A stretch of 64,000 nt of DNA, taken from IMG/VR virus record IMGVR_UViG_3300021426_000064, positions 64,001 through 128,000 of that record. One strand, given 5' to 3'. Source of the DNA: a virus. Its lineage: Duplodnaviria; Caudoviricetes. The notes below the pieces were generated by a model, which saw only the letters and a program-made list of their open reading frames with translations, searched no databases and was not told where the DNA came from. Within the stretch, counting starts at the first letter, position 1; each line of letters opens with the position of its first letter. The translations under genes and the position numbers were made by a program. Shown piece by piece: positions 52,168-62,071 of this stretch.

Positions 52168-52889
52168 TGTATATAAATCTGCTCAATGCCCAGTGTATTC
52201 CAAATGAGGCTGTCGTCAAAAAGACAAAAGAAGGACTCTTATACTTTGACGGCAACAGCTGGAAGTATTTAACAAAAAAAGAATACAGGGTATTGGAAGA
52301 AGGGGACGGGTATAGTACCAAAAAAGTCGGCAAAAACACGTACGTAAATATATCGGAAGATGAGCTCGTGCCAGCAGAAAAGGTTGCGACCAAGACAGCG
52401 AGGTACTATACAAACTACTTCGGGCTCAATGACTTAGTGATTGGCGACAGGAAATTCTATCAAACCAGCGGCCTGTTAACGGATGATATTTATGTGGAAA
52501 AAGGAAAGCCCGTAAAATTAAAAGCTAATATCCGGGCGCGGGAATTTACAAGCGTCGAGTTTTCCATCATAGATGGTGGCGAAGAAATACCCGTTCTCTT
52601 GGACGGGGAGGATAAGGTTGTAGACGAAAGGTTGTTCTTTGGCTGCGACACACGAATGGTCGGTACAGGAAAGGTATATAAAAAGGATTTTAAATCCCTC
52701 ACCCATGAACCGAACGATAGTGATTTTTTCAACAACTTCATTTTGACGGTTTCCTATATGCCGGATGAAAAATACCGAACGTATACACCTAAACATGATA
52801 AAGTTAAAGTTAAAGTTGTTATCCGGTTGTATAAGGAAAATGCATTGAGCCCTGAGATTTCCAACATAATACTTACACAGGAGGTGTAA
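52167..52889 (+). CDS. Hypothetical (likely structural) protein
   Basis: 240 aa, coupled by TAATG overlap. Confidence 0.7.
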   Translation: MYINLLNAQCIPNEAVVKKTKEGLLYFDGNSWKYLTKKEYRVLEEGDGYSTKKVGKNTYVNISEDELVPAEKVATKTARYYTNYFGLNDLVIGDRKFYQTSGLLTDDIYVEKGKPVKLKANIRAREFTSVEFSIIDGGEEIPVLLDGEDKVVDERLFFGCDTRMVGTGKVYKKDFKSLTHEPNDSDFFNNFILTVSYMPDEKYRTYTPKHDKVKVKVVIRLYKENALSPEISNIILTQEV

Positions 52890-52891
52890 AG

Positions 52892-54379
52892 ATGGCGACA
52901 ACGCAATTATTAGACAACTCGCTTGAGCTGCAGAAGGACTTATACAGCATTATCGTTCCTGAGGAAAGCGTAATTAAGACAGATGAGTTTCGCAAGGAAT
53001 ATGCAAAAGTAATCGCTGCGGCGCCATTTTCCGACGAGAGTCGCGCTGACGAAATTGTCGCCAGTAAAGATAACGAGCCAATTTTTGAAATCAAAAAGAT
53101 GCATCCGGAAGACCAACCAAAACGGACAGACCTAGTTCAGATGGCTACCGATATAGCTGTAGACCTAACTACTGCAGATTATCAGGTTGTCAATACGGCA
53201 AACCGATACACGGCTCTTATCGCCGGCACAATTAACCGGATGAATGCCATTAAGGAGCGAATTCTTCGGAATAAAGAACGGCTGGAAGATATTAATTTTA
53301 TTACGGCAGCGTATAAGGGATTAAGCGATTCTGTAATCATTACAGAGGATTTATGTTCCGGCTCATACTTGTATCATAACGGAGTGTATGGAGCGTTTTG
53401 CTCGCAAGCTCCGTCAGAAATAAAGAAGGACGTGCAAATCCTCTCTGTGGAAGGAAACGGATATGTAGGAAATGCGCATGTACTGACTCAGGGGGATAAG
53501 TATCTTGAAGATACTGATAATCGCGGAAACTTAGAGTATATCTCGGATGACAGCCCGCTGACAGTATTTGAATATTCCAGAATCTGCAGCAAGGACGTAT
53601 CGCAATACAGATTAAATAAAAGTACTGCGTATGATGTAAATCAGGATGACAAAGACGTCAATTGTATAATCACCCTGATGAGTAAAAATGCAAGCGGTAT
53701 AAATATGGTGGACATTGATTCCGCCGGAGGCGCGGTTGTCATTAAGGATGTGTTGGTGTCCAGTGACAATATTAATTACCGCAGTATTTTGCAATCGGAA
53801 ATCGATATGCGTGTGGACATGTATCATGCAGCCAACCAGATTGCCGGCAGCGGAAAAGTTTGCTTTCCTACATCCCGCTATGTAAAACTTGTGCTTTCTT
53901 CCAGTTATTGTGAGCCGGGGGAAGTCTTGGGGTATAGTGAAGTAGATTTAAGCGGAGAAAAACCGGAGGTGGTTATCCGCCGGCTAAAGAATGCAATGCG
54001 CAAAGTAATTAAAATTGGCAGTTTGAATGCGTATGAGTGCGAATACGATATGGGCAATATATTGACCGGCGACCTTGCTCCTACCGAAGGCTGCAAAACA
54101 GTTGCAGTATTTGCCAATGAATGCGTTCCGTATGGCATAGAAAATCCTGAAGAAGCTGTAAAATATACACTTTACATAAATGGCGTGGAATATCCCGTAG
54201 TGCCGATTAACAGCGACAAACCTGGCATAAAAATGATTTCTTGTACAGAAAGTCAGTTTGAAGGCGTTAATGTAAAGTTCATCGGAGAAAAGATAAAAAC
54301 AATTCAGCTCAGGGTGAAGATTGAGAGTGGTAAAGGCATGACGCCATTTGTTGGCAATTTAAAACTTTGCATAGGATAA
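52892..54379 (+). CDS. Hypothetical (likely structural) protein
   Basis: 495 aa, GGAGG RBS. Confidence 0.7.
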   Translation: MATTQLLDNSLELQKDLYSIIVPEESVIKTDEFRKEYAKVIAAAPFSDESRADEIVASKDNEPIFEIKKMHPEDQPKRTDLVQMATDIAVDLTTADYQVVNTANRYTALIAGTINRMNAIKERILRNKERLEDINFITAAYKGLSDSVIITEDLCSGSYLYHNGVYGAFCSQAPSEIKKDVQILSVEGNGYVGNAHVLTQGDKYLEDTDNRGNLEYISDDSPLTVFEYSRICSKDVSQYRLNKSTAYDVNQDDKDVNCIITLMSKNASGINMVDIDSAGGAVVIKDVLVSSDNINYRSILQSEIDMRVDMYHAANQIAGSGKVCFPTSRYVKLVLSSSYCEPGEVLGYSEVDLSGEKPEVVIRRLKNAMRKVIKIGSLNAYECEYDMGNILTGDLAPTEGCKTVAVFANECVPYGIENPEEAVKYTLYINGVEYPVVPINSDKPGIKMISCTESQFEGVNVKFIGEKIKTIQLRVKIESGKGMTPFVGNLKLCIG

Positions 54380-54385
54380 AACAAT

Positions 54386-55576
54386 ATGTATCTAGAAAGA
54401 TTAAAGAAGTTAAAGGAACTAAAGGATCTTACGGAGCGCGCTCTTTTACAACAGGGAGAATTTCCGGACAAGATGTACGTGAAGCAGCTGCTCGGCGGAA
54501 TGGATACCCGGTATGCAATATTTAAATATGATAATGTTCAGCCGGACACGGGGTTCGACCTTGAAAAAATGATTAATGATTTGCGCTGCATCCAAAAAGA
54601 CCTGAATATCATTTATGAAATCGTTGACGAGCTGGCACGGGAAAAGTACACCAGACTGGAGTCTTTTGTTAATGGGTATCTGTCTTCGCTGGAGAATATT
54701 GCAGACAGAGCCGATAAAAAGGCAATGGAGAAAATTGAAACGACATCTCTTGGTGCTTCAATTGTTTTCTTTACCAACGATGTGTCGGCCGTGCGCATTG
54801 AAGACACGACAGCAAGTATACAGATTACAAATCTTAAATGTACTCCACAAAGCAAATTGTATGGTTCGATTATTGGTACGGGATTCAATGTTGAAGATGT
54901 CGTTTTTCAGATAGGTGAGCGTCGATTCTCTCCGTACACAGTAAATAGGAGTACGTTTAAAGTCGGCGGCGAACTGGAGTGTAACACATACACTTATGCT
55001 GTAAACGAAGAATATCCCGTTGGCAATGCATTTAAGATTCCAAATTCGACGATTGAAGCCAGTGAAAAGAACAAATACGAAGTGTATGGTGCGCGCGACA
55101 AAGTTAAAGTGGCGTCAAATACGCGTTTAGAATTGATACCGGTTACAAAACTGCAAGGTAGTATAGCTACAGAAACCACAACATATTCGTTCTACATTGG
55201 AAACGCAACCAAGATCACATTTGATTTCTCGGCCGAGCCGACTTACAAGAACTTCAGCTCGTATGAGAATCAAAACCTGGATAAGAATAGGATATATCGC
55301 TTTGAGTTTACGGTTCCTGCGGGCACTTCTTTCTCGTGGGTTCATGACGGAACTATCTTTGCTACGAAGGAGAAAACGTCTATAAACGGTTCTGAGTTAT
55401 GCATAGTGGAAAATACGATGGCCAAAGACTTTATCATTTACGAGTACGCACCAGGAGATAAGGTAGTGTATGACGATGTGAAAATCATCATACATAATAT
55501 CAGGCAGGAAGTATTCCGCATTGAGTCTGTGGCCATAAAAGAAATTAGCGAGACGGGGGTGGCGGCGCCGGTATGA
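54386..55576 (+). CDS. Hypothetical (likely structural) protein
   Basis: 396 aa in the operon. Confidence 0.7.
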   Translation: MYLERLKKLKELKDLTERALLQQGEFPDKMYVKQLLGGMDTRYAIFKYDNVQPDTGFDLEKMINDLRCIQKDLNIIYEIVDELAREKYTRLESFVNGYLSSLENIADRADKKAMEKIETTSLGASIVFFTNDVSAVRIEDTTASIQITNLKCTPQSKLYGSIIGTGFNVEDVVFQIGERRFSPYTVNRSTFKVGGELECNTYTYAVNEEYPVGNAFKIPNSTIEASEKNKYEVYGARDKVKVASNTRLELIPVTKLQGSIATETTTYSFYIGNATKITFDFSAEPTYKNFSSYENQNLDKNRIYRFEFTVPAGTSFSWVHDGTIFATKEKTSINGSELCIVENTMAKDFIIYEYAPGDKVVYDDVKIIIHNIRQEVFRIESVAIKEISETGVAAPV

Positions 55577-55797
55577 TTCTATATAATATGCGATATCGCG
55601 GCCCGTATGAATATGAGAAGTTCATTCTCAATGTTTTTCAATATCACAATGAGATACTGCGCATGAAAAAAGAGCTTAACGAGAAGAACGAACAAAATAT
55701 AACAGAGCTCACCGCAAAACTGGATAAGCTCAGAGAAAAAGTAGATGAACTAAGCAACCAGATTTTGATATTGCGGGAAAAAGCTACAGCAGTATAA
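55573..55797 (+). CDS. Small coiled-coil hypothetical protein
   Basis: 74 aa, ATGA overlap with the previous gene. Confidence 0.65.
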   Translation: MILYNMRYRGPYEYEKFILNVFQYHNEILRMKKELNEKNEQNITELTAKLDKLREKVDELSNQILILREKATAV

Positions 55798-55808
55798 GAG
55801 GAAACGAA

Positions 55809-56852
55809 ATGATAGATAAACCAACAACAAGCGAAGTTATGGATATTTTTAATGCGGCCTATGATGATGCCAAAAAGATAGACCAGAACATTCGTGACAC
55901 CAAAAAAGTGCTGAGCGAAAAACTTGAGCTTCTCAGTACGCAAATGGAATACATGGCAAGTCAGGTATTAACAGCATCCGAACAGACCGGTGTTGTAAAA
56001 GAAAAAATCTTCTTGGCAGATGCGGATAAAGTTGGGCGATATGACCAGTTCGGAATGACTGTCCACCCCAAGTTTGTAAAAGATCCGCGGGATTTGTTTA
56101 ACTACCGGTCCACAAAGGGGTATATGTTTAAAGGGAATGTAACCACGCTGATAAACGGCGAAGAGGATTCAGACTACACAGAATGTCTTAAGCAGGATAC
56201 AGTGAATGGCAAAAAATACATGATTAAGGAATATGACAGCAGCGATATCACGCTGACAATCCTCCCTAACCTGCGAGCGCCATTGGGCAGCTTACAGTTT
56301 AATATGCTCGAAATCATGCCTTATTTGCCGGGATCGTTTAACATTGAATCGATCAAAGTGTTCTCCAGGGATAATCTGGAAGTCGAAACGCAGGCTCTGA
56401 ATAACGGTATTATCCGGGTTGGTGCACAGCGGATTGTCTTCTCCGGAAAAACAGAGCTGGGTAAGATAGAGATTAAAATTCGTCTGCTGTATAAAAATTC
56501 ATCCGGCAAGTATCCGTTTGGCTTAAAGCACTTGTATGTGCAAGAGGCCGAATTTGAAGACGATTGCTACGTCATTGTCCGCGCCGACAAAACCAAAGCG
56601 ATTTCCTATATATATGATAGCATTGTGGTTAAAAATCAGTATGGCGTAGACACTTCGGCATCAAGCAAGGAATATGATATCCATTACTACGCTTTTTTTG
56701 ACGGGGAAAATCCTGACCGCGAACTTGAGGTGTCAAAACCTGCTGCACTGAATTACATTGCCACGAACACAAAAACAGTGTTTATCAAAATTCCTGTAGA
56801 AACAGCTATTATAGCTATTACGCCAAACATTTCAACGGAAACGATTAGTTGA
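55809..56852 (+). CDS. Hypothetical (likely structural) protein
   Basis: 347 aa; last gene before a terminator. Confidence 0.7.
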   Translation: MIDKPTTSEVMDIFNAAYDDAKKIDQNIRDTKKVLSEKLELLSTQMEYMASQVLTASEQTGVVKEKIFLADADKVGRYDQFGMTVHPKFVKDPRDLFNYRSTKGYMFKGNVTTLINGEEDSDYTECLKQDTVNGKKYMIKEYDSSDITLTILPNLRAPLGSLQFNMLEIMPYLPGSFNIESIKVFSRDNLEVETQALNNGIIRVGAQRIVFSGKTELGKIEIKIRLLYKNSSGKYPFGLKHLYVQEAEFEDDCYVIVRADKTKAISYIYDSIVVKNQYGVDTSASSKEYDIHYYAFFDGENPDRELEVSKPAALNYIATNTKTVFIKIPVETAIIAITPNISTETIS

Positions 56853-56857
56853 CCCCG

Positions 56858-56890
56858 ATACCGCCCGCGATAAGCAGGCGGTATTTTTAT
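56858..56890 (+). terminator. Intrinsic terminator ending the structural region
   Basis: ATACCGCC...GGCGGTAT followed by TTTTAT. Confidence 0.8.
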
Positions 56891-56934
56891 CTTGTATATA
56901 GTCAGAAAAATTTTAACATTTTGAAAAAATAGTA

Positions 56935-56963
56935 TTGCCAAAATGAGACCGTTGTGATAATAT
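56935..56963 (+). promoter_or_regulatory. Sigma-A-type promoter of the replication operon
   Basis: TTGCCA (56935-56940), 17-bp spacer, extended TG-a-TAATAT (-10 at 56958-56963). Confidence 0.65.
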
Positions 56964-56993
56964 GTAAGTAGAGCGTAAGAAGTATGTAAGAAG
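56964..56993 (+). repeat. Three GTAAG(A/T)AG repeats at 11-bp period
   Basis: Copies at 56964, 56975 and 56986. Confidence 0.75.
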
Positions 56994-57011
56994 TGAAAGG
57001 GGATAAAGAAG

Positions 57012-57677
57012 ATGCAGGTCACGGATGCGAATTTTTTCTACAAGAACTACGTCGGGTATTATCCTAATGAAGATTGGATGTTTGAATCTACACAAGGCAT
57101 GATTGAACATTACGTTGAGTCTGGCCTGAAAGAAAAGCTATTGGATATATACGAAGCATGTGCCGGGGATGGTGTCCTTGCTGCAGATAATATCCCGTAT
57201 GAATTGTGGCAGGATGGGAATATCCTTATTCCCGGCAGGTTCTATTTACACCCCGAGCTGACATTAATGCAGCGAGCACCGGAAATAAATATTTTTACCG
57301 GCGAAGCGGTAGTAAGGCCTCATTATCGGGAAATAAGGGAACTGTACACGCTAAACGACGTCTTACTGTATGCAGGGAAGATGCTGCGCAGAGATACATT
57401 GCTTAAAGATGAAAAACAAGATATCGGCGCCATAAAACATTTACTTAAGCGATATGCAAGACAACAGGAAGAACTTGGCATTATGGCGCTGGATATGATT
57501 CTTTACCTCATACGCCATCATAAAGGCGAAAGGATAGAGCTTCTTAACATATCTCAGGACGAAGATATTGTAGCACAGCAGGTAAGAGCGTACGCAGAAA
57601 AGCTAAAGACAATGGGCAGACACAAAATAATTTGGAGGGAAAATATAAGATGCTGTCGGAAGGATTCATTGAAGTAG
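57012..57677 (+). CDS. Hypothetical protein heading the primase-helicase operon
   Basis: 221 aa with RBS; no recognised motif. Confidence 0.7.
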   Translation: MQVTDANFFYKNYVGYYPNEDWMFESTQGMIEHYVESGLKEKLLDIYEACAGDGVLAADNIPYELWQDGNILIPGRFYLHPELTLMQRAPEINIFTGEAVVRPHYREIRELYTLNDVLLYAGKMLRRDTLLKDEKQDIGAIKHLLKRYARQQEELGIMALDMILYLIRHHKGERIELLNISQDEDIVAQQVRAYAEKLKTMGRHKIIWRENIRCCRKDSLK

Positions 57678-58711
57678 GTGGAAAGTGTGGCAACTACTTC
57701 ACAAGAAATATGGTTTACCCGCTGAATAATCGGCAAAAAGCTTTTGCCGACCTTAAAAAGAAAACAGGCGGCAGGGATATGTATTACTGTACGTATGTAT
57801 TCGACAATAAGACCCGTGAAAAAGGGACAAGGTTCTTTTCGCCGCTCTATTTCGACATTGATGGGGATATTCAGACTGACGAGGGCTTTGAACGGGTAAG
57901 GCTGGCAGCACTATCCCTTGCGACAATTCTTAATATAGAACTGAGGCTGAACGTAAATGAAATGAAGTTCTATTTTTCTGGCGGAAAAGGCTTTCATGTT
58001 TTTATTGACCCTCGTATTCTGGGGGTAAAACCAAGCACAAAACTTCCGGCATTATACAAGCTGTATGTATCTTACTTAAGCCGTAAGATAGAAAACGGCG
58101 CGCTACTGGACACAAGAATATATGACAGTCGCCGCCTGATTCGTTTCCCGAATACGATAAATGACAAAACCGGCTTATATAAAATTCCGATAACATACAA
58201 CCAACTTCGGACGCTTACAAGGGAGCAACTTTTCAGCTTAGCGAAAAACCCTCAGCAGGAATATGTTACTTCGGTAAAATTCAATCAGGAGGCGGCAAGC
58301 CGCTTTGTAGATAAGCTCCGCGAAATGGCGCAGGAACAGGCACAGCCAACAAGTAGTAATATACATATACCAAGCAGCGCTCAAAAATTGCCGTTATGTG
58401 TAAAGCATCTGCTCTCGACGACAGTAGACAAAGGCGGCAGGAACAATACACTCGCATTGATAGCGTCCCTTCTTGTTCAGAATGGTTATGTAGGGGATGT
58501 CGCAATCAGTATACTGCAGGATTGGAATATGGGCAACGCTGAGCCGCTTACTGACCATGAACTTATCACGACATATAACAGCGCTGAACGAATGGCAAGA
58601 GCGGGCAGGGGATATGGATGTTCTTCTATAAGACAACAAGGGGCTTTTGCTCCAAGGGAAGTTTGTCCAAAATGTAAGATTTTTAAATGTAAACACGGGG
58701 CGGGGAGATAA
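57650..58711 (+). CDS. Archaeo-eukaryotic-type primase/primase-polymerase with C-terminal PriCT/PriL-like domain
   Basis: LYFDIDGD, FSGGKGFHV, RLIRFPNTINDKTG, GGRNNTL, and Cys cluster LPLC...GCSSI...CPKC. Start set at ATG 57650 after GGAGG. Confidence 0.85.
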   Translation: MLSEGFIEVGGKCGNYFTRNMVYPLNNRQKAFADLKKKTGGRDMYYCTYVFDNKTREKGTRFFSPLYFDIDGDIQTDEGFERVRLAALSLATILNIELRLNVNEMKFYFSGGKGFHVFIDPRILGVKPSTKLPALYKLYVSYLSRKIENGALLDTRIYDSRRLIRFPNTINDKTGLYKIPITYNQLRTLTREQLFSLAKNPQQEYVTSVKFNQEAASRFVDKLREMAQEQAQPTSSNIHIPSSAQKLPLCVKHLLSTTVDKGGRNNTLALIASLLVQNGYVGDVAISILQDWNMGNAEPLTDHELITTYNSAERMARAGRGYGCSSIRQQGAFAPREVCPKCKIFKCKHGAGR

Positions 58712-59875
58712 ATGGACGAGAAAGAGATTTTAGAGGAAAACATGCCGGAAGAAAATAGCAATAAAAATACAGAGAAACGGCCTGTGGCAGACCTTAGTTT
58801 CCTTGACGATGCGTTTGACGAAGAGCTGAATGTACATGAAGCACAGGAGGTCGGTGTATCGGATAAATATGCCGTAGCGCCGATAGATGTATTCGAAGCA
58901 TCCAGACAGTATATTGATGACTTTGAAAATGCCTGCCAGAACGAAGGCACCGGATATGAAGCGCCGAATTTTCCTATCTGGTCAGAAAAGATGGAGGGGC
59001 TTATGAATGGCTTCTATATCTTTGCCGGATATTCGAACTCAGGGAAAAGCGCTACGTGCATGAACTTAGCTATGGATTATGCGCTCAATGAAGATAACCA
59101 CCTGTATCTTATCTATTATTCGTTGGACGATACCAAGGAGGATATCTATTCCCGCATTATCGCTATGAAGTATCGTTTACCGATTTCTGTAATCCGTAAA
59201 CCGAAACGTTACGAGAAGATGATCGAAGAAGGCAAGGAAAATACGGCACTTTATCAGAAGCAGCTTGACTTGCGCAAAAAGGCCGTTGAGGACATTAAGA
59301 GGTTCTCTCATAAGTTCATGGTTAAAGATGGCGAAGAGATTGATTGTATCGAAAAGATGCTCAACCATGCCAAGATGGTAAAGAGCTACTTACAGACCCG
59401 CGACCCGCAGGCAAATATTCTGGTTGTGATAGACTCTTTGATGGATATCAATATTGACTCGCAGAACTATCGAGAAGAAAAAGACCGCAATACGGCAATA
59501 TCTAAGCTGGTTAAGAAGTATGCCACGACAGAGCTTAAATGCCCTATATTTGGTACAGCCCATGTACGTAAAAACTCTGGCCGTCGTATTACGATCAGTG
59601 ACCTTAAAGAATCTGGGCGCTACGAATATGATGCTCGCGCGGTCTTCCTGATTACGAATGATGTTTCCCGTAACGGGCAAAATGCAGAGATTTACTTTAC
59701 GCAAGGCAATGATGATATTACAAAGCATCCGGTGCTTGAAATCTATTGGTCCAAAAATAAAACATCTTCATTCAAGGAAAGAACGTATTGTTATTTCAGC
59801 CCTGAAACTTCTCTGGCTATTGAGGTAAAAAAAGAACAGGCAGAAGAATACGACTCTATTATTTATGCCGAGTAA
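58712..59875 (+). CDS. DnaB-like (SF4) replicative helicase
   Basis: Walker A AGYSNSGKS, YYSLD, Walker B VVIDSL, ISDLKESGRYEYDA, KNK. Confidence 0.85.
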   Translation: MDEKEILEENMPEENSNKNTEKRPVADLSFLDDAFDEELNVHEAQEVGVSDKYAVAPIDVFEASRQYIDDFENACQNEGTGYEAPNFPIWSEKMEGLMNGFYIFAGYSNSGKSATCMNLAMDYALNEDNHLYLIYYSLDDTKEDIYSRIIAMKYRLPISVIRKPKRYEKMIEEGKENTALYQKQLDLRKKAVEDIKRFSHKFMVKDGEEIDCIEKMLNHAKMVKSYLQTRDPQANILVVIDSLMDINIDSQNYREEKDRNTAISKLVKKYATTELKCPIFGTAHVRKNSGRRITISDLKESGRYEYDARAVFLITNDVSRNGQNAEIYFTQGNDDITKHPVLEIYWSKNKTSSFKERTYCYFSPETSLAIEVKKEQAEEYDSIIYAE

Positions 59876-59879
59876 CGAC

Positions 59880-59913
59880 AATCCGCCGAACACATTCGTG
59901 CCGGCGGATTTTT
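59880..59913 (+). terminator. Intrinsic terminator
   Basis: AATCCGCCG...CGGCGGATT followed by TTT. Confidence 0.8.
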
Positions 59914-59928
59914 GCGTGTTTTACTTTG

Positions 59929-59987
59929 CTTCTTACCTACTTCTTAAATACTTCTTACATATTTTATATTGACAAATGTGTAAGAAG
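59929..59987. repeat. GTAAGAAG motif array: three minus-strand copies at 11-bp period plus one plus-strand copy
   Basis: CTTCTTA(C/A) at 59929, 59940 and 59951; GTAAGAAG at 59980. Confidence 0.75.
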
Positions 59988-59997
59988 TGGATATAAT
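59969..59997 (+). promoter_or_regulatory. Consensus sigma-A promoter
   Basis: TTGACA (59969-59974), 17-bp spacer, TATAAT (59992-59997). Confidence 0.9.
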
Positions 59998-60052
59998 AAG
60001 AACATAGAAAAGAAACTAAATACAGAGAAAAAACGTAGAAAGGAAGACGTTT

Positions 60053-60799
60053 TTGGCTATGAATACGCTCGTAGTTAAAGAGATCCCAATGATAGTCATG
60101 GGAGAAACACCGCTGATTAACAGCAGTGAGCTGGCCAGAATCTTCGGTAAAAAACACGGCAACTTTGTTAACGCCACTAAGATTTACCTCGACTCTCTTC
60201 CGATTGCCAGGAAACATATTAAGCCTTCTGAAGACAACGATAGCTATATGTTCGACTTGCAGGGGTTCACATCAATTACCCCATATATCGTAGGCAGTGA
60301 AAAGAGCAAAGCGATGAAGGTTGCAGAGGCTTTCGAAGAAGCATACCGACAGATTTCCCGTAACCGCGAAAACGAAGCAACGGATCGGCTAAGAAAAGCC
60401 GCAATGCAGTTTAAGGAAGAGCGCGATGATGCCGCAGAAAAGGTAAAAACGCTGGATGCGCTCTGCAACACCAGAGATTATTATTCGTTTTCCGATGCAG
60501 CTAAGTTAATCGGTATCCCACGCAAACGACTTATCCGCGCTTTGGAAGAACATGAATACATCATTCGCAAAGCAAGAGCCGGCCGCTACAAACAGACGAC
60601 ACTGATGCCAAAAGCCAAATACATGGCAGACGGACAGGGCGAAGGGCTGTTTGTGCTGAAGCAACTGAAGTTTGGTCCGGCATGGAAAAATGAAAAAGGC
60701 GAAACCTGCCAAAGCATGGTGCTTCACCCATATCTTACTGAAAAAGGTGTGGCAAGAATGCATGTGCTTCTAAAGAAGTGGGGTGAGCTCGCTGCGTGA
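60053..60799 (+). CDS. Rha-like / antirepressor KilAC(ANT)-domain protein
   Basis: INSSELARIFGKKHGNFV (Rha-like); FSDAAKLIGI.RKRLIRAL...YLTEKG (KilAC-like). Confidence 0.75.
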   Translation: MAMNTLVVKEIPMIVMGETPLINSSELARIFGKKHGNFVNATKIYLDSLPIARKHIKPSEDNDSYMFDLQGFTSITPYIVGSEKSKAMKVAEAFEEAYRQISRNRENEATDRLRKAAMQFKEERDDAAEKVKTLDALCNTRDYYSFSDAAKLIGIPRKRLIRALEEHEYIIRKARAGRYKQTTLMPKAKYMADGQGEGLFVLKQLKFGPAWKNEKGETCQSMVLHPYLTEKGVARMHVLLKKWGELAA

Positions 60800-61022
60800 G
60801 ATAAAAACGTGGAATTCTCCACTGGGGGCTAGAATACATTGCCCGAACTTTGATCCGTGTCCACTTTGTTATGGCTGCCGCAATTATACAGAGAAAGCTG
60901 TCCGCTGTGACCGCTGTGCTGAAGATGATAAAAAGCGCAATGTATGTAATACAATAAGCCATACTGAAAAAGCGCTGGGTATGATGATTAGGCAAACCAC
61001 TGTAAAAATATACGAGGAATAA
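60783..61022 (+). CDS. Small Cys-rich putative Zn-binding protein
   Basis: CPNFDPCPLCYGC...CDRC...C; GTG start overlapping the previous gene. Confidence 0.65.
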   Translation: MSSLREIKTWNSPLGARIHCPNFDPCPLCYGCRNYTEKAVRCDRCAEDDKKRNVCNTISHTEKALGMMIRQTTVKIYEE

Positions 61023-61026
61023 TAAA

Positions 61027-61689
61027 TTGGAAGATTATAGAATTAATAAAATATATACGAATCCAGAGGATATGTATGCGTGGCAGGGAAAAATCAAAGA
61101 CCACGTAAATACAGACGAAAGTGACGGAGTTACTATTCTGGCTCCGGAAGGATACGGCAAGACCTATTTCTGCCGTGATATGATTAATGAATGGCTGGAA
61201 ATGCTTGCTCCGGGTGCAAATATCCTGTACTATTCGCCCAAACATGATGCCTGTGATAGGATGGCCGTAACATGTGCTTTTATTCAACAAGGGCATATGA
61301 CCAGAGATTACACGATAACCAATGATGCTCAGCAGACGATTGTTATCCCTGTAACTGCACAGCAGCTAAAAGATGTGCTTTCGTCGGCAATGAGGTTCGA
61401 CCTTATCATTATCGATGATGCAGATATAATGGGGAATGCCGCTCTCCACTCTATTATCCTGAAGGGTATGCTTGACGACGCAAAACTGGTCATCGTCGGC
61501 ACATCCCATGAGAATGAAGAAATTCAGCTCAGTAAGAGTATCTGGAAATGGCTTCTCAATCATCCGTGCTATACAGCATTTGAGGTTGTTAAACCGAGTT
61601 TACTACCGCAGGAAGAAGAAGCAGGAAAAACCATGATTGACCACCTGATAAGTATTCTTCATCCTATGAAGTATCATTATGTAGCGTAA
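61027..61689 (+). CDS. Stand-alone P-loop NTPase (helicase/terminase ATPase-like single domain)
   Basis: ILAPEGYGKT (Walker A), LIIIDDAD (Walker B), VIVGTS. Confidence 0.65.
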   Translation: MEDYRINKIYTNPEDMYAWQGKIKDHVNTDESDGVTILAPEGYGKTYFCRDMINEWLEMLAPGANILYYSPKHDACDRMAVTCAFIQQGHMTRDYTITNDAQQTIVIPVTAQQLKDVLSSAMRFDLIIIDDADIMGNAALHSIILKGMLDDAKLVIVGTSHENEEIQLSKSIWKWLLNHPCYTAFEVVKPSLLPQEEEAGKTMIDHLISILHPMKYHYVA

Positions 61690-61711
61690 AGGAAAGCAGG
61701 TAAACCAAAGT

Positions 61712-62014
61712 ATGACAAAAATCATTCCTATCGGAGAAAAGCTTCTGATTAAACCGGAAGTAAAAAACGATAAGCAGACAGCTTCCGGTATTGTAATTCC
61801 CGAAACATCTGTGGATAAGCCGCAGATTGGCGAAGTAGTGGCTGCTGGCGAAGGCCGCATCCTGGAAAATGGTACAATGATGCCGCTTACGGTTAAAGTC
61901 GGCGACCGAGTTCTTTTCCGCAAATTCGCAGGAACAGAAATTAAAATCGACAAGGAAGACGATGTTCTTCTGCTGGTAACAGAACGCGATATTCTGGGTA
62001 TCATCCAGAAATAA
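61712..62014 (+). CDS. groES: Co-chaperonin GroES (Cpn10)
   Basis: IIPIGEKLLIK, TASGIVIP, GEVVAAGEG, VKVGDRVLFRKFAGTEIK, ERDILGI. Confidence 0.95.
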   Translation: MTKIIPIGEKLLIKPEVKNDKQTASGIVIPETSVDKPQIGEVVAAGEGRILENGTMMPLTVKVGDRVLFRKFAGTEIKIDKEDDVLLLVTERDILGIIQK

Positions 62015-62071
62015 TGCAGATTTAGGCCGCCCATAGCGGGCGGCTGACAATCTAACCGGAGGAAAATAATT

